A stretch of 64,000 bases of DNA from Azolla caroliniana (GCA_043228905.1 JBHGNT010000014.1:20026001-20090000); one strand, 5' to 3'; positions 49,824 to 62,705 are shown, numbered from the stretch's first letter. Notes: generated by a model not told the origin, from the sequence alone. Translations and numbers: made by a program.

Positions 49824-51115
49824 CAATCTCATTTGCTTTTCCAAGCATTACATCCTACTTATGCACGATCTAATGTGGTACATGTGAATCAAGGGGATGA
49901 ATTGATTGTGGATCCTACTACAATAATTGAAATATGTGTTCATTACTTTAAGGAGTTGATTGGCCCACAATTGTAATGACAAATGAGGTGAGTAGAGCAC
50001 TTCATGGTTTTATGATGTGGTTGGATGTATTGTGCATGATCTCATTAGTCATGAATTGGATGCGGATTTCACTGAGGATGAGGTGGACATGGTTTTAAGG
50101 CATCTTCCTAGAGGTAAGAGCCCTGGTTGGGATGGTTTGACAAATGAAAATTTTAAACGATATTCGAATATTTTAAAGGGGCCCTTGACTTTGATGTTTC
50201 AACATTCTTGGGATTCTGGTTGTATGCCTCAAGCTTGGAAGGTTCGTCTAATTAAATTAGTTCCAAAGGTGGCATCTCCCGAGTCATTTCATCAATGGAG
50301 ACCTATTTCTTTGATGAGGGGGTTATATAAGATAGTTACAAAGGTCTTGGCAAATAGATTACAAAGTATTTGCCAAAGTTGATACATCCCGCCCAATATG
50401 GTTTTATTGCAGGTAGGAATATATTGCATAATGTGTTGGATGTTCAAATGGCCATGGATTATGCTCGAAACACTCATCAAGAATTGATTATGGTGTACAA
50501 TTAGATTTGGAGAAAGCTTATGATCATGTTAATTGGTCCTTTGTTTCTAGGTTAATGCATACAATGGCTTTGGACCTCGTATGTGTCACCTCGTATTTTT
50601 ACTAGGACAAGATGCGGTATCTCGAGTAATGCTTAATGGGGGAGTTACATCAAATATTGCCCTCACAAGATCCGTTCGCCAAGGGTTCCCACTTAGCCCA
50701 TTGTTGTTTGCTATTGTTACTCATCCCTTGCTAGTGATGTTATCAAGGCTTACAACAAATGGTGACATTGTGGGTCTACACCTTCCGTCTGGAGGGCAAC
50801 TAGTAGCACAAGCTTTGGCTGATCATTCTTTCATGTTTCTACAAGCCTCACAAGAGAATCTTGAGAAGAAGATGCTTGTATGGAACCAATTTTCATTGGC
50901 TTCCAGATTACATATTAATTAGAGGAAGTCTAGTCTCATATCATGTACTGAAAGGAATTTAGAATGTTTAGGATGGCAAGGATCCGTGGTGAAGAAAGGT
51001 TCTATTTTTTGACACTTGGGCTATCCATTAGGAATGAATGTTACAAATGGTCAATTGATTGAATGGATGTCTAGTAAGTTGAGGGATAAGTTCATGTATT
51101 GGAAGTCACAATCTT

Positions 51116-51348
51116 TTATTTATTTATTTTTATTTTTAACATAAACTACACCATAGTTTCCATTACCAATGCAATAAGCAAATACAAACCTATAATGGTA
51201 CATTTTAGTGGCGGGTAAGATATCCCCCCTTATGTCAAAATTGAAATGAACCTCCACCTATGGAGGGAACAACCATCGCGGGGGTACATATTGCCATTCC
51301 ATTTTGTCATTTCTCTCCACAAAAACTAGCAAATCCTTCCATTTCCAT
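51116..51348 (-). mobile_element. Very short 5'-truncated L1 3' end (~230 bp) inserted in the host L1
   Basis: 17-bp TSD TTGGAAGTCWCAATCTT (51099-51115, 51349-51365); A-rich tail; encodes WQYVPPRWLFPP* matching the C-terminus of the L1 at ~23950. Confidence 0.85.
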
Positions 51349-52554
51349 TTGGAAGTCTCAATCTTGGCCATTTCATGTATGCTTTAAGGTTGTACAATGT
51401 ATTATGGAACCCATGATATTATATACTTGCCATTGTTGCCATGGATAAAGAAGGCTTTGTATTCTATTTTGCAACCTCTTCGATATTTGTTGTGGAAGAA
51501 GAGGGATAAGATGGGAATCACATGGGTTGCGTGGAATCATCTAGCAACCCCTAAGCGCTTGGGGGGAGTTGGAATATTGAACTTATCTATGCATATGATG
51601 GCTCATAGATTTTCATTATTACAAGACATGTGTTCAAACTCACAACCATGGATATCTATTGTTCAACATTTCATTGAGAACAAGAGTTTAACACATGGGA
51701 GGACAATAATTAAGGCTTCATGGTGGCAATTATTGAATGGATGTATTTCACTAATGATTTCGGGCTTCATGTGTTCAACACTTGGTTACCTCATGGCAAG
51801 AAGCACTCTTGTTATGTGTATGGAAACCATCATCTAGTAGAGAGCATTGTAATTCTTTGCAAAAAGAGTTACTTGTGTCTTCTTGGTTATTATGTTGGCC
51901 AGAAAAGGAGAGATTGCGCTCTTAATTTAATCGTTTGTTTCGTTTGGGGATCAAAGAGGTGGGAGATATAGTTAAGGCTTCATCTCAAAGAATTTTGGAG
52001 TTTGTTGAAGCACGACAAGTATTACACATCCCGCCTAATTATGGGTTTATTTGGCAACAACTACAATTTAAATATTGCATTGATGCAATGTCCCTTACCT
52101 CTACAAATAGGAGAACAATTGTGGATTGATTCGTGTTTACAGGCTCAAATGTTGTTGTTTCAAGTGACTACTAATCTCTTGTATCATTGCTGTGTTGATT
52201 CTCTTGGATGGCTATCATTTAAGGTTGAAGAAGAATGGAAAATACACAAATCTGATCATGGATGGTGGCAGATCTTACAACGTAGTTGGCATTCTAGATT
52301 GCCACTTGTAGCAAAGGTCTTCATTTGGAGAGTTTTGATTGGAGGATTGCCTTTGGGATTAGCTCTAAAGCATCGTGGACTAGCAACGAGTAATTGCTTC
52401 TTTAGCACTATTCAAATGAAAGATAGTACTCATCGATTTATACAATGTCCACTTGCTTGTCATATTTGGAGTTACACTTATGAAATTTGGCAAGTTTTAT
52501 CACGATGTTATTTGACACCTAGACAGTGGGTGTTTGTACAATTTACATAGGTTT

Positions 52555-52784
52555 ACCCAAAATTAGAGATGGAGATCGTTTTCCTATTTTTGAGATATTG
52601 GGGATTGCGTCATAATTGGGACATGCACAACGCTTTTGTATTCGATGGTAGACATGGAGTGAAAGCATGGACCCAAAATTAAAGATGGAGGTCGTTTTTC
52701 TATTTTTGAGATATTGGCGATTGCATCATAATTGGGACATGCACAACACTTTTGTATTCAATGGTAGACATGGAGTGAAAGCAT
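52555..52784. repeat. ~115-bp tandem duplication near L1 3' end
   Basis: ACCCAAAATTARAGATGGAG...GGAGTGAAAGCAT repeated twice. Confidence 0.9.
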
Positions 52785-53004
52785 ATCTACAAAAGTTGAA
52801 GGGGTAGTACTAATGTAGCAATTTTCTTTATTGGAGCAAGTGGAAATTCTTTCCTCAGTGGAGTGTCAGTCTTGCTTATTGACAATTCAACATGTTCCAC
52901 TACCCATGTAGTGTAGTTAGTGGGTGACCATACTCCATTGTCACACCCATTGTAAGTAGTGTTTTTCACACACATTTATAATATAATTGTGTGTTTTCAC
53001 CAAA

Positions 53005-53437
53005 ATAAAAGAGAAAGAAAGAAAGAAATATCATGGTCTTCTAAGACCAAAATTGGCAGGCCATGAGACAATTGGTTTACAACAAAAAAGGGGTGTTTAC
53101 TCAATCATCGAAAATAAAAATAAAATAAAATAGAACTCAAGCTAAAAGAGTTCTAGAATGGTACAAAGCATGTTATGGTGCAACATATTTTATAAAGGAA
53201 ATGGCTTTGCTAGGCCTAGTTTCATTTCCATCCAAATTTCGTGAAACGAAGCAGGAGGTCAAAGGGTTTTGATGTGGGTGTGGTCAGTGGTACCCCAACC
53301 ATAGGTTCTAGGCGGTGTAACTAACATTTCCTTATCTTATGAATTGCTTCTACACCACGTCAAGTTGCTTTGAAGCTCGGCATCCGAGGGCGTTTGGTTG
53401 TTCTTTGGTTTTTTGCTTCAGCAAGGGAGAGGCCGAG
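53005..53437 (-). mobile_element. 3' end of a second copy of the RTEX-like LINE family seen at 9953-11948
   Basis: Reverse complement aligns by eye with 11505-11948, including GTAAACCA.TTGTCTCATGG..CCAATTTTGG.CTTAGAAGAC and the (TCTT)n tail. Confidence 0.88.
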
Positions 53438-53499
53438 AGTTTGTACTATTGTCTTCGAAGATCAAATATGACCTATGAGACAAAAAAGTTACGTTTTCA

Positions 53500-54430
53500 C
53501 GTAATACATGTGAACATGAGTACTAACTCTCAATGCTCAAGAACTTTACTAAGGAATCTTGCAATCAAGAGTGCACACTATGGTTGTGAGAGAAATTCAT
53601 GTAAGGATTAGGTTTGGTCGAAGATGCATGGAAAGCATAGTCAAATGTGATCAAAGGCAAAGCATTGTCTCAAAGTATGATAATTAGACGCCCGAACTTG
53701 TTTTCGACAAAGTGTGCATAGTCGACTACTCTCATCACTTGTATCCCAACACCCCATCTCACATAGTAGTGAGTGTGAGCTAAGTCGCATGAATGCAATG
53801 GTTTAGATGGCCAAGAATAGAATGGGCTCTTATAACAAGTATCAATGTGTGTGATTTCCCCGTTCGGTGAAGAATATGGTTTGTAGTTAGGTGTGCCATT
53901 ATAATATAATGTGTGAAGTGTGAGCCTCCACATTTCTCCCATGTCATGATACATTCACGTTACAAAAATGCCTATTTACAATTGAATCTAGTGATGAATC
54001 ATGAGGCATGTTGCATCCCATTTTCCAAACCATTTTTCCATATCTTGCAGCTAACCGGAACACGGTCTTTTGCTTTTATGTGACTTTTGGATCTTTTTGC
54101 TTGCTTCCCATGTGATTCTATGAAGTCGATGTGAGGTACTTTTTAAAATCTTAAGCATGTATTCAACAACCCTTTCAATGGCCATGATGTCAATCGAAAG
54201 TGATCCTGTCTGAAGAAACAGGGCATATGATATTTGTTTCTTGACTACAGAAACTTTGTAAGAAAATGCTTTTGAACATTTTCGAACTCTTTCAAAGGGG
54301 ACTAAGGGATGCTACCACCACATACTTCCACGCCATAGAGAAGCACTTGTGTTACCTAAGTGTCAAAAGGTATTTCTTGAAGACCACACACTTAATTTCT
54401 CCATGATAGGGAGTCAAATAAGAAAGAGTC
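53500..54430 (-). mobile_element. Heavily decayed RTEX-like LINE fragment (different family)
   Basis: VTQVLLYGVEVCGG at ~54310-54357 and RLSSH..LCEMGCWDTSDESSRLCTLC..YHTL.QC at ~53650-53800. Confidence 0.65.
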
Positions 54431-56559
54431 CCTCTATAAGGTTTGTACTTTCACTTTCATAGTCCCATGACATTTAAGATAATTACAACTATGTCAATTT
54501 CACATATAAGGGGTATAATGGTTTATGGATATTACCTTTATACCCCTTTACAATACATTACCCATCTCTTAGTTTGTCTTGAGTTTGTATTTTGTTGGTG
54601 TATTTCTAGAGTGTATCGCAAAATGTGAGATATTCGGTTGATATCTAAAATGGGCATGTAGTAGATTAGTCCTTCAAGATTCAAAAAGGGAATCTTGTGG
54701 TTACACGACGCAACAAGTTTGTGTCATTACACCATCTTGATGCATCCCATAAGTAATATATATTTATGGTGATTGATCAATTATTGTTGAAATGTGGCAT
54801 GGAAATTTACGACATATATAAAAAAGAGAGTGAAGGTCTTATCAACCTTCAATTCTTTACCCGCTTTGGCATACTCTACCATTTAGTTTTCAAACCCTAT
54901 ATTGTCAAAAAGTAGATGAAGAGTGTCCAAAATGTATCTGGGGAATCCATCATCATGAACCTAGAATTAGTGCATACTAATGTGGGCGGGTCTTAGAGGG
55001 TTATGGAAAATCGATGCACCATGAGGGTGGGTTGGTAGCTTTTTTGAAATTGGGTTTCCATCATTCCATTTTTTGCAATTACTAGTATCTCTAGAATTTT
55101 TTTGCATGTTCATATTGAGGGAATCAAAAGTTTTGTTCTAGACTTCCTAACATTGATGTCATAGTAGTGGATCTACCAGTTGTGCTAATGTGGTATATGT
55201 CCTAGGGTTTAGGTCAAGCTTAGTCCTAGAATGCTAGGATGTTGATCCAAAATTGCCTTTTGACATAGCCTTTATTTTTGTTATGGTATATAATGCTCAA
55301 GCTTATCGAGTTAGGGTTTAGGGCAAGAGCGGAATTGATGTTATGGTGGATTGTTGAATCAAAGTTAGGGTTGAGGATGTTTTTCAAGGCAAACTATCTT
55401 TAAGAGTTAGGGGCATCAGAAATTGAGCTTGGCAAGGAATATGTGAAGGATCCTTAAATTCCTTCGATATTATCGACTACTTAGGGCGCTTGACAAGGTC
55501 TAAAATAAAATAGAACAAAAAGAAAAAATTTAGGAAAAATATTTAAAAAATAAAAATGTGATTCATGATAAATAATAATTAAATAAACAAAGTTCCTTCA
55601 ATGTTTTCAAGTATGTAGTACACTTAACAAGATTTAAAATAAAATAGAACAAAAGAAGAAAAATCATGGGAAAAGAATGTTATTTGTGGAAAAACAATAA
55701 TTAAATAACCAAATAAAATAAAATAATTAATGCTTGTCTAATTGGTTAAAAATAGATGCAATTAATGGGGATAGCTAGGGATGTAAAAGAGGTAGTTTTC
55801 TCCTAATCCTTCATTGATTGTTGAAGTGGTTGTGAAAATTTTATGTTGTGTTTAGCAATTGTATCAAGGATGGAGTTGGTTAAGCAAAGATAAATGGGTT
55901 GGTGATTATGGCTACATTTAGCTTTTGGTGGTCCATGCGAACCCAATAATTATGTTCTCATTTAGCAACACCATAATTGGGCTAAGAAAATGGTTGTTCT
56001 CGATGAGTCAAAGGAACTGAATGATTTGAGATTTGACTCAAGCGATATAATCGAGATTTAGTTGGTATCTCTGATTTTTGATGGAGCTTGCATCAGTCTT
56101 AAGATGGAGCTTATGTTGGTCCAACTATGATTTCAAAATCTGAATATCTTCATAGGATCATGTAAAGATGTCCAAGTGGTTGTCGATTTTTTGTCAAAAT
56201 TGTATGTCAAGTGACCCTTTTGGTGATTTGAATGAGTTGGGACTCCTTTGTCAAGCCAAAATTGATGTCTTCAAGCTCGATGGGGTAGATGCAATTTGAA
56301 ACTTACATATATAGTTCAAGCTTGTCATGGCCTTGGTGAGTTCCATCAAATAAATTGAACTTGCTTAGAGATGCAACTCCCATGTGTTAAGAGGTTGGCA
56401 AAATTGGATACAAACTTAGAACATCAATTTGACAAGGGGATGAAATCTTGTTGTTGGGCAAAGTACTCACTCACCTTAGATTTGTCCATCTTATCAAGCA
56501 TATTGATTCAATCCACATGGCAAGGAGTAATAGTGTGGTTGTACTAGGACCATTGTTGT

Positions 56560-56994
56560 GTGGACAGATTGTCCTTGGTCTTCCAAAGTAATATTAAGAT
56601 TTCTCAAGATAGAGCACATTTTTATGCTTATCATAATAGTTATCCTCATGTTCTTACCCCTCGTAAAAAGGTGTTATTACACCCACCTCCAAATTCCAAA
56701 TCATTTTCTAAAGGCAATTGTTCTAAAATTTCCCTATGTTGTTATGGACCTTTCATAAAGCATATTAGTCCTTCTGCTTATCGTCTCAAACTTCAAAAGG
56801 GTATTGACAAGTATTTTGTTTTTCATGTTAGTTGGCAAAAAGAACTTATCAATTCTAATGACTACACAATAACCATTGAAGTTCTAGTAATTAAAGAGGA
56901 TTTATCTTCTAAGCCTCATTCACCAAACAACATTCTTTTCTTTTTCACAAAAAACAAAACTCCTTGTATTAGTTATAAAATTTTAAAGTTGTGA
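56560..56994 (+). pseudogene. Decayed Gypsy integrase C-terminal (GPY/F) remnant
   Basis: KIS..YGPF..ISPSAYRLKL..VFHVS.QK. Confidence 0.7.
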
Positions 56995-57984
56995 ATGCTA
57001 TATACAAACAACAGAAGGGACTCGATAGTTCCATCTTATGTGGATGCCCACTAACTCAAGAAAGGAAGAGGACGACCATTGTTAGATGAAGGTTAATTGT
57101 TGTCTTTCAGCTCCGTCGGATCCACCCATGATGCCATCGTATTGGCGCTTTAGCATGGCTACAACGTCACTCCATATCTCTTGCAATAACATCATCTGGT
57201 GCATGGTTTGATAAGAGAAGACCTGACTACAACTTGTTTCCATATAGTCCATAGTGTTACTGGGTTGATCAATTCTGGCACGACTTGATCTTTAGAATTG
57301 ATGGGCGTTGAGTGAACATTGATGGCAGTGGAGATCTCATGTGCCTTTATCACCAACATCATCCCCTGCTCTTGATGTTCGGTATATGTCAATTGGAGCA
57401 TGCCATGATAACCAACATACATTCCCCCACTTGAATGTGCCTTGCACCTTGTAGAATTGCAATATTCGACCAAGCCCCTCCATATTCAATGAGTCTCTAG
57501 GATGTCCCATAGAGCGTGTCATATTGATTCTATTTCATTAGGGCACACGACATAATTAGGAGAGCAAAGGATCTCGTGCTACCATGCTTCGACCGATAGT
57601 GACCTATGTATTAATAGCCATTGAAACGTGGTAATTCGCTTAGCTTGTTGTTGTTTCCATAATTGCTCTCAAAACTTGGCAATAGTCATAATATGGGGAA
57701 CATGATATGTGTGTCATATCCTCGCAATAGCCGGTTCTCTGTCAATTTGAGCAGCTAAGATGTGGTAACCCGATCTAGTTGTGAATTGGAAGAAGGGGAT
57801 GACTTTGCTTCCTTGTCCCCCATATGGATCGTGCCATGTCCATTGCAAAGGGTTCCATCTGACCTTATGTAGCCATGTGTTTTCATGAACACATATGTGT
57901 CATTTTAGTTGTACTTTGACTGGGTTGGGATCTGTTGGGATTTACGGTCCCTCCGGATGGGATGTCCGGAGATGAATGACGGCA

Positions 57985-58128
57985 AGCCCGGTTGCGGTTA
58001 CGGAACCGGATGATGACGAAGACCCGGCTACGGAGCCGGATGCTGAAGACACCGGTTACGGAGCCGGATGACGAAGACCCGGCTACGGAGCCGGATGCTG
58101 AAGACCCCGGTTACGGAGCCGGATGACG
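57985..58128 (+). repeat. 27/28-bp tandem repeats in Copia U3 (also 62768-62966)
   Basis: Unit GAAGAC(C)CCGGYTACGGAGCCGGATG(CT/AC); two extra units in the 3' LTR. Confidence 0.92.
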
Positions 58129-58631
58129 CATGTACCCGGAGAGAGATCCGGATGTGGGGACATATTTGTGAATATGTTTGCCAAGGGCCCTCGAGGCTAT
58201 ATTTGTAAATAGCCCGAAAGTCATATGGGTATAAATATGACTTAGGGCAAACAATTTAAATGTTGCTGCTCATTTTCTGTTTTCCACTTAGAGGGAGCGA
58301 AGTGAGAGCAGTCGAGAGAGAGAGAGAGAGAGAGACGAAGAGGTCGTTGCCTCTGTGTAGTACCGCCGCCTGTGGCGAAGACAGTGAGCTCAAGGTTGTT
58401 GCCTTGAAGCCTCACCATTGTACATCCCTGTTCATAGTGATAGTTGGAGTTTGAGGACTCCCGTGGTTTTTCCCATTTAGGGTTTTCCACGTAAAATATC
58501 TAGTGTACCTTTCTCTCTATTGTCCTCGTGCACTTTGTATTTCCCGTTTTCTTGGAGTTGATCCTATTCCTCGGTTGTGGCCGAGCATTGTTTTTCAACA
58601 AACTGGTATCAGAGCGAGGTTAACACAGAAA

Positions 58632-61600
58632 ATGGAAGGCGGCGGTAGTGGGCCTCCGGGCATGATGGTGTTGAACTCACAGAACTACGCCGACTGGAAG
58701 ATAAAGATGGAGGACCTTCTCATCGTCCGAGACCTGTACGAACCGATCGACAATGCCGAGATACCCAAGGGGGAAATAGAGTCGGAGTGGAAGCTCCTGA
58801 ACCGGAAAGCCGTAGCGACGATCCGGCAATATGTCGATGTAAGTGTCCTGCAACATGTGGCGAACGATACGAACGCCTATGAGATGTGGAAGAAGCTGTC
58901 GGGCCTCTATGAGAGGAAGAATGCGTTGAACCGGACCTCCCTGATGAGGAAGATAGTGAACCTCAAGTACCGGGACGGCGAGAATATGGTGGAACACGTG
59001 AGCACGTTCATGGGATTCGTGAACCAGCTTGCGGCGATCAAGTTCCCGCTGGAGGATGCAATGCAAGCCATCATTCTGATGTGTACGTTGCCGGAAAGCT
59101 GGGAGAACCTGGTGGTGACTCTCAGCACCTCCTGCACGGAAGATAACTTGTCCCTACAAACGGTAAAGACAAGTATTTTGAACGAAGAAGCGCGTCGGAG
59201 AGATAAAGAACCGGCCTCCGACTCGAAGGCGCTGCTTACCGAATCGGATCGGGGAAGACAATGGAACCGGAGTCCTCAAAGACGGGAGAAGTCGGGGACC
59301 CGGTCGCAGTCAAGAGGAAGGCCCACATGCTTCCACTGTGGGAAGCCGGGGCACTTCCGGAAGAATTGTCGGCATTACCGAAAAGACAACGGAGCCGACG
59401 ACACCGATTCGAAGAAGTCGCCGGAGAGAAACGGTGCATACCGGGGAGCCACGGACCGGAGAGGTCCGGATCGGCGAGGGCAGGACCGGAAAGGAACAAC
59501 GGCACTCGCGGCAAGTGAGGAAGAAATCATGCTCATCACCGAAGAAGGTGAACTAAACGTTGCCGGCGATGAGACGACCTGGGTGGTCGATTCCGGAGCA
59601 TCGTTCCACCTGACCCCGGAGAGAAGATACTTCTCATCCTACACAGCCGGTGAGCACGGCTGTGTCCGGATGGGAAATGAAGGCACATGCCGGATTGCTG
59701 GCATAGGAGACGTGTGGCTGATGACATCAACCGGATGCAAGATGCTGCTGAAGGATGTTCGACACGTTCCGGAGGTCCGATTGAACCTGATCTCGGCCGG
59801 GAGGCTAGATGATGAAGGCTACACGGGTAGCATCCGGAACGGTGTCATGAAGTTCAGCAAAGGGAGCCTTATAGTGGCTCGGGCCCGGAAGGTCAACACA
59901 CTGTACCTGATGAATTCCCGGCTATGTCCGGAGGAGCTGAACGTGGCAGCCGACACTGCCGGTGAGCTGTGGCACAAGAGACTGTGCCACATGAGTGAGA
60001 AGGGGATGAAGAGGCTTGCAGAAGACAACCTTATTCCAGTGAAGCATGTGCACCTGGAGAAGTGCACCGACTGCCTGGCCGGTAAGCAAAACCGGACCTC
60101 CTTTCACTCAAGGCCACCGACGAGACGTAGCGCACCATTGGAGCTGGTGCACACTGACGTGTGTCAAGTAGAAACGAAGTCACATGGCGGAGCCCAGTAC
60201 TTCGTGACATTCATTGATGACCACAGCCGGAAGCTGTGGACGGCACCGTTGAAGACAAAGGACCAAGTATTGTCCGTCTTCAAAGAACTCCACGCGAGAG
60301 TGGAAAGGGAATCCGGCAAGGAGCTGAAAGCGATACGAGCGGATAACGGAGGGGAATACCGGGGGCAGTTCGAGGAGTACTGTCGCTCGAAGGGAATCCG
60401 GCTCGAGTTTACTGTGCCGAAGACGCCGGAACTGAACGGGCTGGCCGAGAGGATGAACCGGACCATAATGGAGAGGGTCCGGAGTATGCTGGCGCATGCG
60501 AAATTGCCCAAGGGGTTTTGGGCTGAGGCAATGTCGACGGCGACATACGTGATAAACAGATCACCCCCAGTACCTTTGGACGGAGACACGCCGCAGAGAG
60601 TGTGGACCGGTAGGGAAGTATCCTACCGGCACCTGAAGGTGTTCGGGTGTCTCGCATATGTGCATGTGGCAAAGGACCGGAGAGGAAAGCTAGACCCAAA
60701 GACCCGGCCATGCATATTCCTCGGTTACGGCGATGACGAGTTCGGCTACCGAGTATGGGACCCGGTCGACAAGAAGATATTCCGGAGTCGCGATATCATC
60801 TTCATGGAGGACAAGACACTCGCCGACTGGGAGTCGGAGAAGAAGATGAAGAGCTCCAAGTCGTCCGGTGAGAATCAACTCTACGAGGAGCAGTCCCGAC
60901 CGGCAAGGGACCGGTTAGCACTCGAGGACCCGGCCGAAGACGGTGAAGAAACAGAACCGGCCGAGGAAGATGAAACTGATACCGGAACTGGCCACGATCC
61001 CGAAATGGATTCGGATGAAGAGGAAACGGAGGAGCCGGTTACCGAAGCTCCGGAACGAAGATATCCTCTAAGAGAGAGAAGGGCCCCCCGGAGATTTCCG
61101 GAACCAGAGCACGTGCTGCTAACCGACGAGGGGGAGCCAGAGAGCTTTGAAGAAGCAAAGCATGACACCCATAGCCGCAGGTGGTTAAGTGCCATGCAGG
61201 AGGAGATGGATTCCCTGCATGAGAACCACACATATGAACTTGTGGAGTTGCCGAAAGGAAAACGGGCACTCCGTAACAAGTGGGTGTTCAAGCTGAAACC
61301 GGGAGATGCCGGAAAACCCCCGAGATACAAAGCCAGGATCGTGGTGAAGGGGTTCCAGCAGAAGAAGGGCGTCGACTTCGACGAGATATTTGCCCCGGTA
61401 GTGAAGATGACCTCCATCCGGACGGTGCTGAGCATAGCGGCAAGCATGGACCTCGAGGTAGAACAGATGGACGTGAAGACGACATTCCTTCATGGTGACC
61501 TCGAAGAAGAGATCTACATGCAGCAACCGGAAGGATTCGAGAAGAAAGGGAAGGAGCACCTGGTATGCCGGTTGAAGAAGAGCCTTTACGGACTGAAGCA

Positions 61601-62705
61601 GGCTCCCCGGCAATGGTACCGGAAGTTCGACTCTTTCATGACCAACGAAGGGTACCACAAAACGCAGTCCGATCACTGCGTGTTTGTGAAGAAGTTCGAA
61701 GGGGGAGACTCTCTAATACTCCTCCTGTACGTGGACGACATGTTGATCGTCGGACGGGACCAGGGCAAGATACGGATGCTGAAGAAAGCACTTCACCGAA
61801 CCTTCTCAATGAAGGACCTGGGTCCGGCGAGGCAAATACTAGGGATGCACATCATCCGGGACCGGAAGAAGAAGCAGTTGTGGCTGTCACAGGAGAAGTA
61901 CGTGACAAAGGTGCTTCACCGGTTCAACATGTCGGAAGCAAGACCGGTCGGGTCAACACTCCCGGCAAACTACAAGTTGTCCAGCAAGCAAAGCCCCAAG
62001 ACAAAGGCTGAGAAGGAGGACATGATGAAAGTACCATATGCCTCTGCCGTCGGAAGCTTGATGTACGCAATGGTGTGTACAAGACCGGACATTGGATACG
62101 CAGTCGGAGTGGTGAGCCGGTACATGAGCAACCCCGGCAAAGAGCATTGGAACGCGGCCAAGTGGATACTCCGATACCTGAAGGGCACGGCAAACGTGTG
62201 CCTCCGATTCGGCTCCGGTAAGCCCGAACTCGACGGCTTCACCGATTCGGATATGTCGGCTGATGCAGATACCAGCCGGTCCACATCAGGGTATGTGATG
62301 ACGTATGCAGGGGGAGCTGTTTCATGGCAGTCGAGGCTGCAGAAGACGGTGGCGTTGTCAACCACGGAGGCGGAGTACATGGCGGTTGTTGAAGCCGGCA
62401 AGGAAATAATATGGATGAAGGACTTCATTAAAGAGCTCGGTATCCGGCAGGAGGAGTATCGACTCTACTGCGACAGTCAGAGTGCCATCCACCTTGCGAA
62501 GAATGCGGCTTATCACTCCCGGACGAAGCACATCCAGCGTAGATACCACTGGATCCGGGAAAGGATAGAAGACAAGGAGTTCATGCTGACGAAGATCCAC
62601 ACGGACGAGAACGGGTCGGATATGCTGACTAAGGTACTTACACCCGACAAGCTGGAAGCATGCCGGAAGAGGATCGGATTGGAGAGACATCCCATGCCGA
62701 AGTGA
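58632..62705 (+). CDS. gag-pol: Intact Copia Gag-Pol polyprotein (1357 aa: Gag-PR-IN-RT-RH)
   Basis: CFHCGKPGHFRKNC, WVVDSGAS, LWHKRLCH..C..C, HTD..ADNGGEY..NGLAER, YKARIV, LYGLKQAPRQW, LYVDD, FTDSD..EAEY..CDSQSA..RTKHI..SDMLTK. Confidence 0.97.
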   Translation: MEGGGSGPPGMMVLNSQNYADWKIKMEDLLIVRDLYEPIDNAEIPKGEIESEWKLLNRKAVATIRQYVDVSVLQHVANDTNAYEMWKKLSGLYERKNALNRTSLMRKIVNLKYRDGENMVEHVSTFMGFVNQLAAIKFPLEDAMQAIILMCTLPESWENLVVTLSTSCTEDNLSLQTVKTSILNEEARRRDKEPASDSKALLTESDRGRQWNRSPQRREKSGTRSQSRGRPTCFHCGKPGHFRKNCRHYRKDNGADDTDSKKSPERNGAYRGATDRRGPDRRGQDRKGTTALAASEEEIMLITEEGELNVAGDETTWVVDSGASFHLTPERRYFSSYTAGEHGCVRMGNEGTCRIAGIGDVWLMTSTGCKMLLKDVRHVPEVRLNLISAGRLDDEGYTGSIRNGVMKFSKGSLIVARARKVNTLYLMNSRLCPEELNVAADTAGELWHKRLCHMSEKGMKRLAEDNLIPVKHVHLEKCTDCLAGKQNRTSFHSRPPTRRSAPLELVHTDVCQVETKSHGGAQYFVTFIDDHSRKLWTAPLKTKDQVLSVFKELHARVERESGKELKAIRADNGGEYRGQFEEYCRSKGIRLEFTVPKTPELNGLAERMNRTIMERVRSMLAHAKLPKGFWAEAMSTATYVINRSPPVPLDGDTPQRVWTGREVSYRHLKVFGCLAYVHVAKDRRGKLDPKTRPCIFLGYGDDEFGYRVWDPVDKKIFRSRDIIFMEDKTLADWESEKKMKSSKSSGENQLYEEQSRPARDRLALEDPAEDGEETEPAEEDETDTGTGHDPEMDSDEEETEEPVTEAPERRYPLRERRAPRRFPEPEHVLLTDEGEPESFEEAKHDTHSRRWLSAMQEEMDSLHENHTYELVELPKGKRALRNKWVFKLKPGDAGKPPRYKARIVVKGFQQKKGVDFDEIFAPVVKMTSIRTVLSIAASMDLEVEQMDVKTTFLHGDLEEEIYMQQPEGFEKKGKEHLVCRLKKSLYGLKQAPRQWYRKFDSFMTNEGYHKTQSDHCVFVKKFEGGDSLILLLYVDDMLIVGRDQGKIRMLKKALHRTFSMKDLGPARQILGMHIIRDRKKKQLWLSQEKYVTKVLHRFNMSEARPVGSTLPANYKLSSKQSPKTKAEKEDMMKVPYASAVGSLMYAMVCTRPDIGYAVGVVSRYMSNPGKEHWNAAKWILRYLKGTANVCLRFGSGKPELDGFTDSDMSADADTSRSTSGYVMTYAGGAVSWQSRLQKTVALSTTEAEYMAVVEAGKEIIWMKDFIKELGIRQEEYRLYCDSQSAIHLAKNAAYHSRTKHIQRRYHWIRERIEDKEFMLTKIHTDENGSDMLTKVLTPDKLEACRKRIGLERHPMPK

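Larger units (their letters stand above)
35540..53005 (+). mobile_element. Full-length decayed L1-clade LINE (segments ~35540-37901, 49824-51115, 51349-~53005) hosting nested insertions
   Basis: ORF1 remnant from 35655 (DUF4283-like AVILFFTGKLP..W...VMQWSP); ORF2 from 36936 (WNVR..E APE endonuclease, IYAPN, SRLDR); RT at ~50000-51050 (KSPGWDGL, WRPISL, LDLEKAYD, SVRQGFPLSPLLF, ADH); zf-RVT KVFIWR..LP..C...H.F..C at ~52310-52470; many stops/frameshifts. Confidence 0.88.

Noticed and set aside
58503-58631. N-terminal 43 aa of the 1400-aa Copia ORF
   Set aside because: Starts at GTG inside the LTR and runs through the PBS; first plausible ATG is 58632.
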